Source: Candidatus Dojkabacteria bacterium HGW-Dojkabacteria-1 (lineage in GTDB: Bacteria > Patescibacteriota > Dojkabacteria > SC72). Taken from it: a stretch of DNA of 64,000 bases. A model generated the notes under the pieces. It was not told the DNA's origin and did not search any database. It was given only the letters and a program-made list of their open reading frames with translations. The stretch covers positions 652,360 through 716,359 of the forward strand of contig PHAO01000001.1 of the NCBI GenBank assembly GCA_002840365.1. Reading direction: 5' to 3'. Of this stretch, positions 45,942-58,357 are shown piece by piece. A program made the position numbers and the translations under genes. The stretch's first letter is position 1, and each line of letters opens with the position of its first letter.

Positions 45942-46139
45942 CTAATGATTTTGTTTTAAGCGTACAAGAAATTCTTTTACTGAAGTTTCGTAAGCTTGTG
46001 GTGTTTTGTGCTCCTCTGTTTGAGATTTAAACCATGAAAAGAAAAAAGTTGAGGATACTCTAAGGGCTTCTTGTTCAGAAAAACCGCTAGCAAGAAGTAT
46101 ATTAACAAACTTTTCTTGAATACTTCGAAATTCTTCCAT
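45942..46139 (-). CDS. Possible small protein (65 aa), hypothetical
   Basis: An ORF with balanced composition immediately downstream of the 46141..46509 gene on the same strand. An overlapping alternative frame (45977..46222) makes the assignment uncertain. Confidence 0.3.
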   Translation of the reverse strand: MEEFRSIQEKFVNILLASGFSEQEALRVSSTFFFSWFKSQTEEHKTPQAYETSVKEFLVRLKQNH

Positions 46140-46140
46140 T

Positions 46141-46509
46141 CTATCTTTGTTGAAGATATCCTATTACAATACCTGCAACTACTCCAATACCTGTAGTAAA
46201 CCCCACTATTGTACATCCACATCCATGAGCAGGATCAGGATGTTGACCTGCCACTAAATTTTTTCTTTCAAGATTGTAATATATGTTTGTCAGGATAAGG
46301 CCAATACCAAATCCCGCAACAGCCCCTATTCCTGCATATATACCAACTAACTCGAAATTAGTCTCAAGTAAGCTCTGAGTCCAAGGCTTTGATAGCTCAT
46401 ATGACTCTGATACGACTTGATTACCAAACATCTCACTCATTATTTCAAGTGTTCTGTTTTCTGCTTCTGAAGCTATTTCTATATTGTTACTTAATATTTC
46501 TTGGTTCAC
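46141..46509 (-). CDS. Hypothetical small membrane protein (two TM helices)
   Basis: Acidic N-terminal half, then two Gly-rich TM helices (LVGIYAGIGAVAGFGIGLILTNIYY; TIVGFTTGIGVVAGIVIGYL) separated by HPDPAHGCGC. Confidence 0.5.
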   Translation of the reverse strand: MNQEILSNNIEIASEAENRTLEIMSEMFGNQVVSESYELSKPWTQSLLETNFELVGIYAGIGAVAGFGIGLILTNIYYNLERKNLVAGQHPDPAHGCGCTIVGFTTGIGVVAGIVIGYLQQR

Positions 46510-46555
46510 TATAGGGGCAAATTATATCACATTTCATGGTATAATAAAGGCTGCT

Positions 46556-49417
46556 ATGAGTGAAGAAAGTATAAAAATAAAGGGTGCAAGAGAACACAAT
46601 CTTAAAAACATTTCTCTTGAAATACCTAAAAACAAATTAATAGTATTTACAGGTGTTTCAGGAAGTGGGAAATCATCCCTGGCTTTTGATACTCTGTATG
46701 CAGAAGGACAAAGAAGATATGTTGAATCCCTCTCCTCTTACGCTAGACAATTTTTGGGGTTGATGCACAAACCAGATGTAGATTCCATTACGGGTCTTTC
46801 CCCAGCAATCTCAATTGATCAAAAAACTACCAGTAGCAATCCTAGGTCAACTGTAGGAACCATTACAGAAATATATGGATATCTCAGATTGTTGTTTGGT
46901 CATATAGGAAAAGCATACTGTCCAAACTGTGGAACATTGATTTCTTCACAAAGTATACAAGAAATTTCTGAACAAATATTGAAAAAAGTCTCAAAGGAAG
47001 ACGCAAGATTTCAAGTATTAGCGCCATTAGTTAAAGGTCGTAAAGGAGAGTACAAGGCACTCCTATCAAAACTTCTTACAAAAGGTTTCTCAAGAGTAAT
47101 TATCGATGGGAATTTGTATCACCTAGATGATGTAGAGAACCTAAATTTAGAATCTAATGTAAAGCATACAATTGATTTAGTAGTTGACAGACTGGACAGT
47201 CAAATGCTAAAAGACGACAAAGATTCGTTCTCTAAAAGACTTAACGACTCATTAGAGTTAGCTACTTCCATGTCTGATGGAGAGGTAAAAATGAAAATTG
47301 ATGAAGAAGAATTCTTTTTCTCAGAGAAAAATACCTGTTTTAATTGTCAAATATCATATCCAAAAATCTCACCTGCATCATTTTCTTTTAACTCACCAGA
47401 AGGTGCATGTTCAAAGTGTGCTGGCTTAGGAAGTATAAATGAGATAGATATTACAAAAACATATAATCCTAATTTAACAATAAACGAGGGAGGAATATTC
47501 CCATGGGGAAATAGGACTACAAAAGATTCTTGGACAAAAAGAATCTTGGATAGTGTAGCGAAAGAGCATAATTTCGATCTTAAAACTCCAATTGCGAAAT
47601 ATCCTAAAGAGATTTTTGACTTAATATTTTTTGGATATGGAGCTAAAGATTCTTATAAAATCCTTTATACAAACAGATTCGGAAGAGAAAGAGTTTACGA
47701 TACTCAATATGAGGGAGTTGTAAGTGAATTAGAAAGACTTTACAAGGAAACAGATTCTGAATTCAGAAGGGCTGAAATAGAGAAATATATGACAGAAAGA
47801 ACTTGTGATATGTGTAAGGGAAATAGGCTCAAACCTTACTCTCTCGGTGTAAGAATTGGAAAGTTGAATATAATTGAGATGACAGATTTGACAATAGAAA
47901 GACTAAAAAAATATTTAAAGAACCTCGAACTAGAAGGAGGTAGTAAAGAAATTGCCAAACCAATATTAAAAGAGATAAATAGTAGATTGGAATTTCTCTC
48001 TAATGTTGGGCTAACATATATAACCCTATCTAGAAAAGCGAACACCCTCTCTGGTGGAGAATCACAGAGAATTAGATTAGCTTCACAAATTGGAACTGGA
48101 CTCTCAGGTGTTTTGTATGTATTAGACGAACCTTCAATAGGGTTACATCCAAGAGATGTAGACAAACTTCTAACTTCGATTGAATCACTTAGAGATACTG
48201 GTAATACTGTTGTTGTAGTTGAACATGATGAAGAAACAATGGAAAGGGCTGACTGGATAGTCGATATTGGACCAAAGGCAGGTGAACATGGAGGAGAAAT
48301 TGTAGCTGAAGGTAAGATAAAAGATATCAAGCAGTCTAACTCTTTAACTGCGAAATACCTTAAAAAAGAGCTTCAGGTAGGGCAAGAGATAGGGAGACCC
48401 CTACTACTCACAAATAGCACATCAGAGAAGCTTTCTTTGAAAGGTGTTCGTACTCATAATCTTAAAGATGTAAATATTGATATCCCACTGAAAACTTTAA
48501 CCTGTATTACAGGAGTGTCAGGAAGTGGTAAGTCTTCTTTAATTAATGACACACTTTATCCTGCCTTAATGAATATAAAGATGCATGGTAAACAAATAGA
48601 GGGACAATACAACGAGTTAAATGGCGTAGAAAACATTGATAAAGTAATAGGAATTGATCAAAAGCCAATAGGAAAGACACCTAGATCTAACCCTGCAACA
48701 TATACAGGCTTGTTTACATATATTAGGGAAATATTTGCACAAACCCAAGAAGCCAGAACAAGGGGATACAAGGCAGGAAGATTTAGCTTCAATGTTAAGG
48801 GAGGAAGATGCGAAAAATGTAAAGGAGACGGACAAATACGCGTAGAAATGCAATTTCTACCTGATATGTATATCCTTTGTGATGAATGTAATGGTAAAAG
48901 GTATAATAATGATGCTTTGAGTATTGACTACAAGGGAAAAAATATCGCAGATATTCTTGAGATGACCGTAGACAATGCCTTAGATTTTTTCAAAGATATT
49001 CCATCTCTAAAAAATAAGCTGAAAATTTTAGAAGAGGTTGGACTTGGATATCTCAGATTAGGACAGTCAGCTCTTACACTCTCAGGGGGAGAATCACAGA
49101 GAATTAAACTAGCAAAAGAACTTTCTAAACAAACTAGAGGGCATACTCTATACATTCTTGACGAACCAACTACAGGTCTTCACTTCTATGATGTAGACAA
49201 GCTTCTCACATTGGTAAAGAAACTAGTTTCGAAAGGAAATACTGTACTCATTATCGAGCATAATCTGGATGTAATTAGATATGCAGATTGGATAATAGAT
49301 CTTGGTCCTGAAGGAGGTGAAAAAGGAGGAGAAATTGTTGCAGAGGGTAACCTAGAAGACATAATGAATAACCCAAAGAGCTGGACAGGTATGTGGCTTA
49401 AGAGAAAATTACTCTAA
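46556..49417 (+). CDS. uvrA: Excinuclease ABC subunit A
   Basis: Start taken at [24 protein letters not shown]. Two ABC modules ([12 protein letters not shown] and [12 protein letters not shown]), zinc fingers (CPNCG, CFNCQ...[14 protein letters not shown]), and signature LSGGESQRI twice. Confidence 0.9.
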   Translation: MSEESIKIKGAREHNLKNISLEIPKNKLIVFTGVSGSGKSSLAFDTLYAEGQRRYVESLSSYARQFLGLMHKPDVDSITGLSPAISIDQKTTSSNPRSTVGTITEIYGYLRLLFGHIGKAYCPNCGTLISSQSIQEISEQILKKVSKEDARFQVLAPLVKGRKGEYKALLSKLLTKGFSRVIIDGNLYHLDDVENLNLESNVKHTIDLVVDRLDSQMLKDDKDSFSKRLNDSLELATSMSDGEVKMKIDEEEFFFSEKNTCFNCQISYPKISPASFSFNSPEGACSKCAGLGSINEIDITKTYNPNLTINEGGIFPWGNRTTKDSWTKRILDSVAKEHNFDLKTPIAKYPKEIFDLIFFGYGAKDSYKILYTNRFGRERVYDTQYEGVVSELERLYKETDSEFRRAEIEKYMTERTCDMCKGNRLKPYSLGVRIGKLNIIEMTDLTIERLKKYLKNLELEGGSKEIAKPILKEINSRLEFLSNVGLTYITLSRKANTLSGGESQRIRLASQIGTGLSGVLYVLDEPSIGLHPRDVDKLLTSIESLRDTGNTVVVVEHDEETMERADWIVDIGPKAGEHGGEIVAEGKIKDIKQSNSLTAKYLKKELQVGQEIGRPLLLTNSTSEKLSLKGVRTHNLKDVNIDIPLKTLTCITGVSGSGKSSLINDTLYPALMNIKMHGKQIEGQYNELNGVENIDKVIGIDQKPIGKTPRSNPATYTGLFTYIREIFAQTQEARTRGYKAGRFSFNVKGGRCEKCKGDGQIRVEMQFLPDMYILCDECNGKRYNNDALSIDYKGKNIADILEMTVDNALDFFKDIPSLKNKLKILEEVGLGYLRLGQSALTLSGGESQRIKLAKELSKQTRGHTLYILDEPTTGLHFYDVDKLLTLVKKLVSKGNTVLIIEHNLDVIRYADWIIDLGPEGGEKGGEIVAEGNLEDIMNNPKSWTGMWLKRKLL

Positions 49418-49858
49418 ACTGTATACATAATCGGTTAACCACTTACATCTTGTATTTACATCAACCAATTGCTCCTTTGTAAGCCTTTCCCATGGTTCAA
49501 CATCTTCGTTGTAGGCCTTGTCTAACTCCATTAATGCTTCAGGAAACCAATCATTCTCTTGACCGTTTATCATATATGTATCGAAAGCTTTCCTTTGAAC
49601 TTCCCTAGCCCATTCATATGCACTTTTGGGTTTCTTTTCCTCTACAAATTGATTAAAGTTGAAAAATTCATCAAGTGGAATATCTATATCAAGTAGAATG
49701 GACCTTAAATATGCAAGATTGTTATCTCTCTGAAAGATTTTAATTCTCCATCCATTTTGTAAAGCAACCCTTATCACATCAAGACTGTATACAAATGCCT
49801 CTCTTTCTCCTCTAGTCATTAGCTTGGTATCTACTTTTTCCCCTTCCATATACTTCAC
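49409..49858 (-). CDS. Hypothetical protein (149 aa)
   Basis: A clean ORF between uvrA and proS with no TM segment and no recognisable motif. Confidence 0.5.
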   Translation of the reverse strand: MKYMEGEKVDTKLMTRGEREAFVYSLDVIRVALQNGWRIKIFQRDNNLAYLRSILLDIDIPLDEFFNFNQFVEEKKPKSAYEWAREVQRKAFDTYMINGQENDWFPEALMELDKAYNEDVEPWERLTKEQLVDVNTRCKWLTDYVYSLE

Positions 49859-50111
49859 CTCTCAAATATTTTACTTGTATATTATATCTCTTTTTGAAAA
49901 TTTTCTTAAGTGGTGAAACTTCCGTCACCATTTTGACCCTCTTTGAATTCAGCATACCCGAGAAGACACTAGTTCAAACATTGAAAACATCTAAGAATAG
50001 GTTACTGGATAGACCTTTCCTCTTACCGATGTTCAAATATTAGATATACTAAGTATACGGATTGAGAACAAATCAGAATTAACATTGATGATATAATTTC
50101 GCCAAGTTTCA

Positions 50112-51578
50112 CTAGTAAGGGATAGCAAATACCCACTCGTCCGCTGTTTCCTTACCACAATATATACAATTACCCTCGCCTTCCTTTGAGAAGCATCTAG
50201 TGGTTGCCTTTGTTTCGTACTTAATATTTTCCTCGCATTCTTCCCTACCACACCAATATGCCTTTACAAAGCCTTTTTTACCTTTTAATATCTTCTTAAA
50301 TTCTGTATATGATGATACTTCATGGGTGTTGTTTTGAAGAATTTCGGTAGATCTTTTTAGTAAATTTTGTTGAATTTCTTCTAGCAATGCAAGGACTCTA
50401 ACTCCAATTTCTCTTGAATTAACGCTGTTTTTCTCATTTGTATCTCTTCGAACAATTACTACCTCATCTTTTTCTATATCTCTTTTCCCAATTTCAATTC
50501 TAATAGGGACACCCTTCTTCTCCCACTCATTGAATTTGAAACCGGGTGATAAAAATTCTCTCTGATCTAATTCTACACCATCAACTACTTTTGAAATTTC
50601 TTCATAAAGATTTTCTGAGAACTGCAAAACTTCGTTTTGTGATTCATCATTGAAGATAGGGATTATAGCTATTTTTATAGGCGCAATTCTTGGAGGCAAA
50701 ATCAAGCCCAAATCATCGCTATGAGACATTATTACCGCACCCATCATCCTCGTACTTACACCCCAACTTGTTTGCCATGGATGCTTCGTTTTACCATCAT
50801 CATCTGCAAACGATATTCCAAATACCTTTGCAAAATTCTGACCTAAGTCATGGGATGTTCCAAATTGTAATGCTTTACCATCTTGCATAAGTGCTTCTAC
50901 TCCATAGGTGTTTAAAGCTCCTGCAAATTTCTCAGATTCAGACTTTCTACCCGAGTATACCTCTAGTGCTAAGACTTCCTTAGCGAAGTCAGAATACATC
51001 TTAAGGGCTCTTAATACTTCTTTTTCAGATTCCCCATGGGTAGCATGAACTGTATGACCTTCCTGCCAAAGAAATTCTGTAGTTCTTAAAAATGGTCTTG
51101 TTCTTTTCTCCCATCTGACAATATTGGCCCATTGATTTATACGAAGTGGTAAATCTCTCCAAGAGGATATCCATCTTGAGAATGTATCATACATGATAGT
51201 TTCAGAAGTTGGCCTTACAACCAATTCTTCTTCTAATTTCGCTTCAGGATCCACTATTACACCCTTTCCATCTTCAGATTCCTTTAATCTGTAGTGAGTT
51301 ACTACTGCACACTCTTTGGCAAATCCTTTTACATGACTTGCTTCTTTAGAGAAGAATGATTTAGGTATAAAGATTGGGAAATACGCATTCTTAGCACCAC
51401 TCTCTTTAATTCTCCTATCTAATTCTTTTTGTATATTCTCCCATATAGCAAAACCATATGGTTTGATTACCATACAGCCACGAACAGAGGAATTTTCTGC
51501 TAAATCAGCTCTTTCAATGACATCTAAGTACCACTGAGAGTAATTCTCACTTCTTGGTGTAATACCTTTGTTTGACAT
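50112..51578 (-). CDS. proS: Prolyl-tRNA synthetase (archaeal/eukaryote-like type, C-terminal Zn-binding domain)
   Basis: Class II motifs (FRDLPLRINQWANIVRWE; GYGFAIWE; HDLGQNFAK), anticodon-binding domain, and C-terminal CGREEC...CIYCG...IPY ending in Tyr. Confidence 0.85.
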   Translation of the reverse strand: MSNKGITPRSENYSQWYLDVIERADLAENSSVRGCMVIKPYGFAIWENIQKELDRRIKESGAKNAYFPIFIPKSFFSKEASHVKGFAKECAVVTHYRLKESEDGKGVIVDPEAKLEEELVVRPTSETIMYDTFSRWISSWRDLPLRINQWANIVRWEKRTRPFLRTTEFLWQEGHTVHATHGESEKEVLRALKMYSDFAKEVLALEVYSGRKSESEKFAGALNTYGVEALMQDGKALQFGTSHDLGQNFAKVFGISFADDDGKTKHPWQTSWGVSTRMMGAVIMSHSDDLGLILPPRIAPIKIAIIPIFNDESQNEVLQFSENLYEEISKVVDGVELDQREFLSPGFKFNEWEKKGVPIRIEIGKRDIEKDEVVIVRRDTNEKNSVNSREIGVRVLALLEEIQQNLLKRSTEILQNNTHEVSSYTEFKKILKGKKGFVKAYWCGREECEENIKYETKATTRCFSKEGEGNCIYCGKETADEWVFAIPY

Positions 51579-51606
51579 AATGCGTGTATTTTACACTAAT
51601 TATATG

Positions 51607-52995
51607 TTAATACACAATTCTTGGATCAAATCCCCAATGCTGAGCAGCCTTTGCAAGTGCGGATTCGGGATGTTCAACAATCCACTTCTTAATATCCCCT
51701 TTCTCCATAGCAATATCTCTAGCTTGTACCACAGCCTCTACACCGGCTTCAATGCCCCATGGATGTCCTAATGTTCCACCACCTGCTTGTATAACTAAAT
51801 CTTCACCAAGTTGTGTAATTGATTCCCCTATAGTTCCAGCGTGAAGACCACCTGAAGCAGTATGCCAAACACCCTTCATACCAAACCAATTTTGACCAAG
51901 GGTAATATGCGATTCTGGTGTAATATCAGCCTGTAGAGCTTCTTGTATTAGTTTTGGTTCACCATAGTTTTCCATTTTTGTTTTAGGAGCACCACCATGT
52001 AACGAATCTACACCAAGTAGTCTCATTATCTTTGCAATAACGACCATAGACATAGAGAAATCTAATATCTCCCCCTTATCATGTACCCCAGGACCAGATT
52101 CTCTATCAAGTAAGCCATGCATTGCTCTGTGAGCATGTATAGCCAATCCAGGATTGTGTTTTCTCATGGTTTGTACTGCTGTAAAACCAGTGGTAACAAC
52201 ATCTATCATCATCCACCTACCACCTTCCTTCTTAATCATATCTGCCCTATCAAGCATAATATCTAAATCTGAGTGAGTAACATTACATAGATAGAATTTC
52301 TTTTTACCAGATTTCTTTTCAATATCTCTTTGTACTGCATGAACTCTCTTACATCTATCCTCAAACTTGTTAAAGTAAAGGCTTGTTAAATTTTCATCAT
52401 CCTTTATACCTTGATATTCACCATTTGCAGCAGTAAAAAGAACTTTCGCTAATTCTGCTTGTTCTTTTGCTGTCCTACCTACCTTAGGTTTAGGTACTGT
52501 ACAAAGCATTGGCCCACTTGGTAGTTCCATAAAGTCTCTAACTCCCTTAATACCAAACATTGGTCCAGGAAAGCTTTTGACAAGACTTTCAGGAAATCTT
52601 ACATCGATAAGTCTAAATGCTTTAAGCATTTTCATACTATCAATATTTCCTGCAATTCCTGCTAATATCCCTGACATATTACCCTCTTCAAAGATTTCCT
52701 TCTTATATGCTATCTTGAATGTTTTTGTTTTAGGATCTAAATCATATGCGATAGCTTTAAGTTTGTCAGCCATTTTTATACCGGAGTTTTTACCTGCATA
52801 TACCTCAGTCCATGTACCTGTTGAGCTTTCAGCTGCACAACTTGCTGCAGCATCCTCAAACTTATCATCAGAGATACCATCTGCCAATTCAATATCTAGG
52901 TATGTAATTAAGTAATCTTTGTCAGGATTTTTTGGTTTCCAACCTTTAGGGGCTAGATAATCGAGCTGAACAGCCACGGGCAGTAAAAAAAACAA
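51607..52995 (-). CDS. rbcL: Ribulose-1,5-bisphosphate carboxylase/oxygenase large subunit, form II/III-like
   Basis: GIKDDENLTS (GxDFxKDDE), VPKPKVGRT (catalytic KPK), GGGTLGHPWGIEAG, and dimer-interface residues. No small-subunit gene is adjacent. Confidence 0.85.
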   Translation of the reverse strand: MFFLLPVAVQLDYLAPKGWKPKNPDKDYLITYLDIELADGISDDKFEDAAASCAAESSTGTWTEVYAGKNSGIKMADKLKAIAYDLDPKTKTFKIAYKKEIFEEGNMSGILAGIAGNIDSMKMLKAFRLIDVRFPESLVKSFPGPMFGIKGVRDFMELPSGPMLCTVPKPKVGRTAKEQAELAKVLFTAANGEYQGIKDDENLTSLYFNKFEDRCKRVHAVQRDIEKKSGKKKFYLCNVTHSDLDIMLDRADMIKKEGGRWMMIDVVTTGFTAVQTMRKHNPGLAIHAHRAMHGLLDRESGPGVHDKGEILDFSMSMVVIAKIMRLLGVDSLHGGAPKTKMENYGEPKLIQEALQADITPESHITLGQNWFGMKGVWHTASGGLHAGTIGESITQLGEDLVIQAGGGTLGHPWGIEAGVEAVVQARDIAMEKGDIKKWIVEHPESALAKAAQHWGFDPRIVY

Positions 52996-52996
52996 T

Positions 52997-53476
52997 TTAA
53001 TTGTTCTTTAATTCTACATTAGGCTCATCATTCTGTAAATCAAAATATCTTTGTAAATCAGAGAGGATTTCTTCTTCTTTCAAAGTAAAATCTGATTTAC
53101 TTAAAATCCATTGATGATTTGTTGCATGATTGGAAAGAATTTCTTCTAATACAATATTTTGGTCGTCACTCATCGTAGAACCTGCGAGAAGAATACCTCC
53201 CTCACTTGGATGCTCTCTTAAAATAACTTCTTTTAATATCTTTGATCCCAAAACTTCATTGCCAAGATTTTCGTCTAATATTACAAAAGGAATAAGGCCC
53301 TCAGAGTATATTTGTTCTAAAGCAAAAAGTACTTCTTCCTCCATTTCACCCTCTGTAACCATTAATATTTTCGCAGGGGATAACCTACTTGCAAAGAGTT
53401 CATAGTCCCAAGCCTTATGTTCATCATCATCTACTATTAGAAAGGCCAATTTCTCTTGGAGAATAGCTTTATTCAT
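52997..53476 (-). CDS. Stand-alone degenerate receiver (CheY/REC-like) domain protein, paralog A
   Basis: LAFLIVDDDEHKAW...LIPFVILDENLGNEVLGSKILKEVI...ILLAGSTMSD resembles REC beta1 (DD), beta3 (LD) and beta4 (T/S). It is paralogous to the next gene (GLIPFVILDENLG vs GLIPLIILEQYLG). Confidence 0.5.
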   Translation of the reverse strand: MNKAILQEKLAFLIVDDDEHKAWDYELFASRLSPAKILMVTEGEMEEEVLFALEQIYSEGLIPFVILDENLGNEVLGSKILKEVILREHPSEGGILLAGSTMSDDQNIVLEEILSNHATNHQWILSKSDFTLKEEEILSDLQRYFDLQNDEPNVELKNN

Positions 53477-53559
53477 ATCTTTTGTAATCGATATTAGTAT
53501 TATAGGATATCATAATTCTTTTATCTCTACCACTTGAAAAGTCTAGTAATAATTGGAAA

Positions 53560-54006
53560 TTACCGTATTAGTTTGTATTCTAAATTTGTCTCTATCAAGT
53601 ATTCACTACATACTTCCTCTATATCATTTGGATGCGCTCCACACCCTACGCACCAATCACTCCCTTCCACAATACTTTCTAATATTTCTCTTTGCCCATC
53701 AATACAACCATTTCCATCTGGAAGAACAATTCCCCTTTTCACTTCAGAAGAATCGAGTGCTTTCATAAAGATATCAGTTCCTACACAATAGTGTTTACCA
53801 AGGTATTGTTCAAGTATTATTAATGGAATTAACCCTTCTCTTGAAGATTGTAATATTGCTTCTTGCAGTTCAAAAAGCATATCTCCCTCTGAAATGATAA
53901 TTGGTATTTTATCGTTGTATTCAAAATATCTTATAACTTTAGCTTTCTTGGAAGGTTTAATATTCACTATTATTGGAGAGAATCTGGACAGTAGATCTTG
54001 ATTCAT
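53560..54006 (-). CDS. Stand-alone degenerate receiver-like domain protein, paralog B (Cys-rich C-terminus)
   Basis: Shares the core with paralog A but lacks the N-terminal acidic DD pair. It has a C-terminal CIDGQ...WCVGCGAHP cluster. Confidence 0.5.
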   Translation of the reverse strand: MNQDLLSRFSPIIVNIKPSKKAKVIRYFEYNDKIPIIISEGDMLFELQEAILQSSREGLIPLIILEQYLGKHYCVGTDIFMKALDSSEVKRGIVLPDGNGCIDGQREILESIVEGSDWCVGCGAHPNDIEEVCSEYLIETNLEYKLIR

Positions 54007-54110
54007 TCACTCTCTTTTCTTCACCTTATATACTCAAGGGTTTGCACTAGTCAAAGATAGCACACGAAGAATAAGAAGCAAAGGAAAGTTAGATGCATAA
54101 ATAATTAATA

Positions 54111-54184
54111 TCGGGATGACCTGATTTGAACAGGCGACCTCTACGTCCCGAACGTAGCGTTCTAGCCATCTGAACTACATCCCG
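54111..54184 (-). tRNA. tRNA-Pro (anticodon CGG)
   Basis: The reverse complement gives C1-G72 acceptor CGGGATG/CATCCCG with discriminator A, anticodon stem CTACG/CGTAG with loop TTCGGGA, and T-arm GCCTG-TTCAAAT-CAGGT. Confidence 0.8.
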
Positions 54185-54187
54185 GAA

Positions 54188-55981
54188 TTACATCCTTTCT
54201 ACTACATTAATACCTAAGATATTTAATCCATGCTGCATTGTTTTTGCTGTTGCATCAACAACTAAAAGAAGATTATCTTTATCTTCAGAATCTAAAATTC
54301 TTACATTTTGATAGAAAGAATTAAAAGCTTGAGCTAAGTCAAACAGATATGAGGCAAGTGTACTAGGAGTATAGTTTACAGACGAGCTTAGCAGTGTGTT
54401 TTGATATCTGACAATTTGCCTAATTAATCCCTCTGTTTCAACCGCTAGGGAGAAATCAGTGGAGAATGAACTCAAAAGATTCTGACTCTCAAGTAAAGAT
54501 TTGGATCTTGCGTATACATAAAGAAGATATGGACCTGTATCACCATCGAAGCTAATAGATTTGTCGAAATCAAAAACCACATCTTTACCTACTGATACTT
54601 TCAAAAATGCATATTTGATTGCCGCTACTGCTATTCTATCGCTTTTTTCCTCTATTTCCTCTGGAGCAAACTTTCCTGTTTCCTTCATTAGTTCAGAGAC
54701 CTTCTCTTTTGTTTCATCTAACAACCATTCCCCTCCAATTATCTTACCTTTCCTGCTTGACATTTTTTCTGCCCCAGGGAGCTTAACCATACCATGAGGG
54801 AAGTGCTTAGACCTATTAGCAACCTCAGGTTCTATTTGCGAAAGAGCCTCTAAAACCACTTTAAAGTAGGCCGATTGTTCATCGGCAGTTATCATTATGG
54901 ATTCGTCTAACTCCCTCTCTTCAAACTTCTTAAATGCCAAAGCAAGCTCCTTTGCTTCATAGGTTGGAAGTCCTTCTTTGTTTATAAACACTCTGGTGTG
55001 AAGTCCCTTTGATTCGTCACCCTTAAATATTACTGACCCATCATCCTCTTGGAAAACACTCTTACCGTTGGGCTTTGTATTTTCTTCAACTATTTTCAAT
55101 CCAATATCACTCATTGCGCTTTCTAGGTAGTAATTATCAAATTTGGTTCCTGTTCTAGCATAAATTCTTTCAAAGTATTCCATACACCACTCTTTCCCAA
55201 GCATATACCACTCTCGCATTCCTATAGATTCAAAATCATCAAAATGTTCTTGAGTCTCAATTGAAGGGATATAGAATGAGAAAATATAGCTATTAATCTC
55301 CCTTATCTCCGCTATTGCCTTTTCTTCTTTTAAATCATCATAATGATTAAACCCGAGCATGTATGCATCTCCAAGATAGGATACTCTTTCTGAGAGTTCT
55401 TTCTCTTTGAGATCAACAAAGGAGATACCATCCTTTTCCAAGAGCAACTTTAAACCATACATTGTTTTAGCAACATGTAATCCTACATCCCCTTGATAGT
55501 TGGCACGATATACTTGGGCTCCTAGAGCCTCTTGTAGCCTTGCAAATGATTCTCCAACCATATTGGTATACAAATGCCCAATATGAAGTGTTTTAAAGGG
55601 GTTGGGGTCTGTGTATTCAATCATGCATTTCTCACCCCTCCTTGTATTCATTTTAAAATATTCAGAGCCTTTCTGAGATATTTCTTGTATTCGATTAAGA
55701 AGGAACTTCTTTGAAAGGTAGAAATTAATAAAGCCAGGACCAGCAACTTCGACCTTCTCGAGATCCTCTCCTAATGGATATATTTCTTGAATTTTTTGAG
55801 CTAATTCTCTGGGAGATAGGTTTAAATCCTTTGATACCTGAAGTGCAATATTCGAAGTGAAGTCCCCACGGCTTAAATCTTGTGGCTCTTCTACAACAAT
55901 ATTATCTATATCCAAACCCAGATTATTTAATATTGTTCGAAGATTTTCTGTAATTTCTTCTTTTATCTTTATCATATTCAC
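54188..55981 (-). CDS. argS: Arginyl-tRNA synthetase
   Basis: PNPFKTLHIGHL (HIGH), a class I catalytic core, and the DALR anticodon-binding C-terminus. The 597-aa length is typical. Confidence 0.9.
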   Translation of the reverse strand: MNMIKIKEEITENLRTILNNLGLDIDNIVVEEPQDLSRGDFTSNIALQVSKDLNLSPRELAQKIQEIYPLGEDLEKVEVAGPGFINFYLSKKFLLNRIQEISQKGSEYFKMNTRRGEKCMIEYTDPNPFKTLHIGHLYTNMVGESFARLQEALGAQVYRANYQGDVGLHVAKTMYGLKLLLEKDGISFVDLKEKELSERVSYLGDAYMLGFNHYDDLKEEKAIAEIREINSYIFSFYIPSIETQEHFDDFESIGMREWYMLGKEWCMEYFERIYARTGTKFDNYYLESAMSDIGLKIVEENTKPNGKSVFQEDDGSVIFKGDESKGLHTRVFINKEGLPTYEAKELALAFKKFEERELDESIMITADEQSAYFKVVLEALSQIEPEVANRSKHFPHGMVKLPGAEKMSSRKGKIIGGEWLLDETKEKVSELMKETGKFAPEEIEEKSDRIAVAAIKYAFLKVSVGKDVVFDFDKSISFDGDTGPYLLYVYARSKSLLESQNLLSSFSTDFSLAVETEGLIRQIVRYQNTLLSSSVNYTPSTLASYLFDLAQAFNSFYQNVRILDSEDKDNLLLVVDATAKTMQHGLNILGINVVERM

Positions 55982-55998
55982 AAAGTATACTACAAAAA

Positions 55999-56890
<892 letters not shown>

Positions 56891-58357
56891 CTGATATAGG
56901 ATATTTTAACAAACAAAGAAGGATAAGGAGGAACAATATGAGAAATGAAATCTTAGTTGCATTAAATTGTACCTCTAAAGGTCTTATTCTAGAAGATATT
57001 TCAACAATATATTTAAATATATTGAGCTGTACATATGGTAGAAAAAAGAAAAATTGAAACTTAGAAGAAAGAATATTAAGGGAGATAGATACGAGTCCAA
57101 AATAGATTGTACTTCGTATAACTAGTGTTGCTAGAAGGTTACTTATTATCGACACTATAGAAACCTTACCGAAGAAATATATTACAACAGGTAAAGTACA
57201 AATTGCACAGGTTAATGTTGGTATAAAACTATCTTTGATCCAATTTGATTTATAACTGAAACACTTTGGTAAAAAGATGAGTCCTAAGGTAGCACTGGAT
57301 GATAATAAGAAACCGATATCATAAAGAATAAAGGGGTTAAGAATGACAAGAACAGTTATACAAAATATTATTAATACGCCTTTAGAAACATCTCTACCAA
57401 GCAATATTGCAAAGAAATATATACTACTCATAGTTGATGCTCTAACTATTGATGAGGATAATCCCGCAAAGATTGCGAAGATCCAAATTATGAAAATCTT
57501 CAGAAAATATACAAACCTACTCCTTAATTTTCCAAAAATCGTATCTACAAAGGATGCTAGTAGTGAGACATTGTATCCTGAAGCAGAAATTATATGAGAA
57601 AGACCAGATGCTTGTAATGAGGAATTGAATTTTTCTGTAAATACTCTTTTACTTCCAAAGAGAATTCCAACTAAAAGAGAACTCTCTGGTTCAGAGATGC
57701 TTTTGTTTACAATCCTTTCTACTCTAGATCTTATATTTAATATGTTTAATCTTTTGTTTGAACAATCATACTTCCCTATTTCCAATATACTATATATTCC
57801 TTTCCTATAAAGATATTTTTTGTAATCAAAATCTTCAAAACTCTTCGGTTCCACAAGTTTTCCTTGTATAAAGCAGTAATCTCCAGGATGTATCACGCTA
57901 TACTCCTTACTTTTTAGTAATACATTTCCCAGGTTTCTTTGCTTTGGTTGAAGAATATATCTACCCTCCCCCTCTTGCGATATAATACTGCCACTCAAAG
58001 AGACTTCTTTGCCAATGAAACTTTGGATATTTTGAACTTCCCTTACCTTCTTAGAAGAAATGTACGATAGAGAGAAATACAACAAAAAGGCTAGTATAGA
58101 AGATATTAGGAAGGTTGATAATAATTTTTGAACAGTACTTCCCGCCCCTTGTGAAACCAAGAAAGCTCCAAAGAGTATGAATAGAATACAGACTTTACTA
58201 AGAATTGGAGAGGAAATACCCTGATAGATACCCTCTTCAACTGATTTAATAGATAAAAGGGTGACAGTTAGAATTGTAAAACAGGATATTAGTATTCCAA
58301 AGTCCTTGCAAAACAGTATTAAGGTAAGAATTCTTCGTAAAAAGTACTTTATGGCCT

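Noticed and set aside
50033-50251. 72-aa minus-strand ORF overlapping the 3' end of proS
   Set aside because: It overlaps the conserved C-terminal Zn-binding region of ProRS in another frame and has no support.
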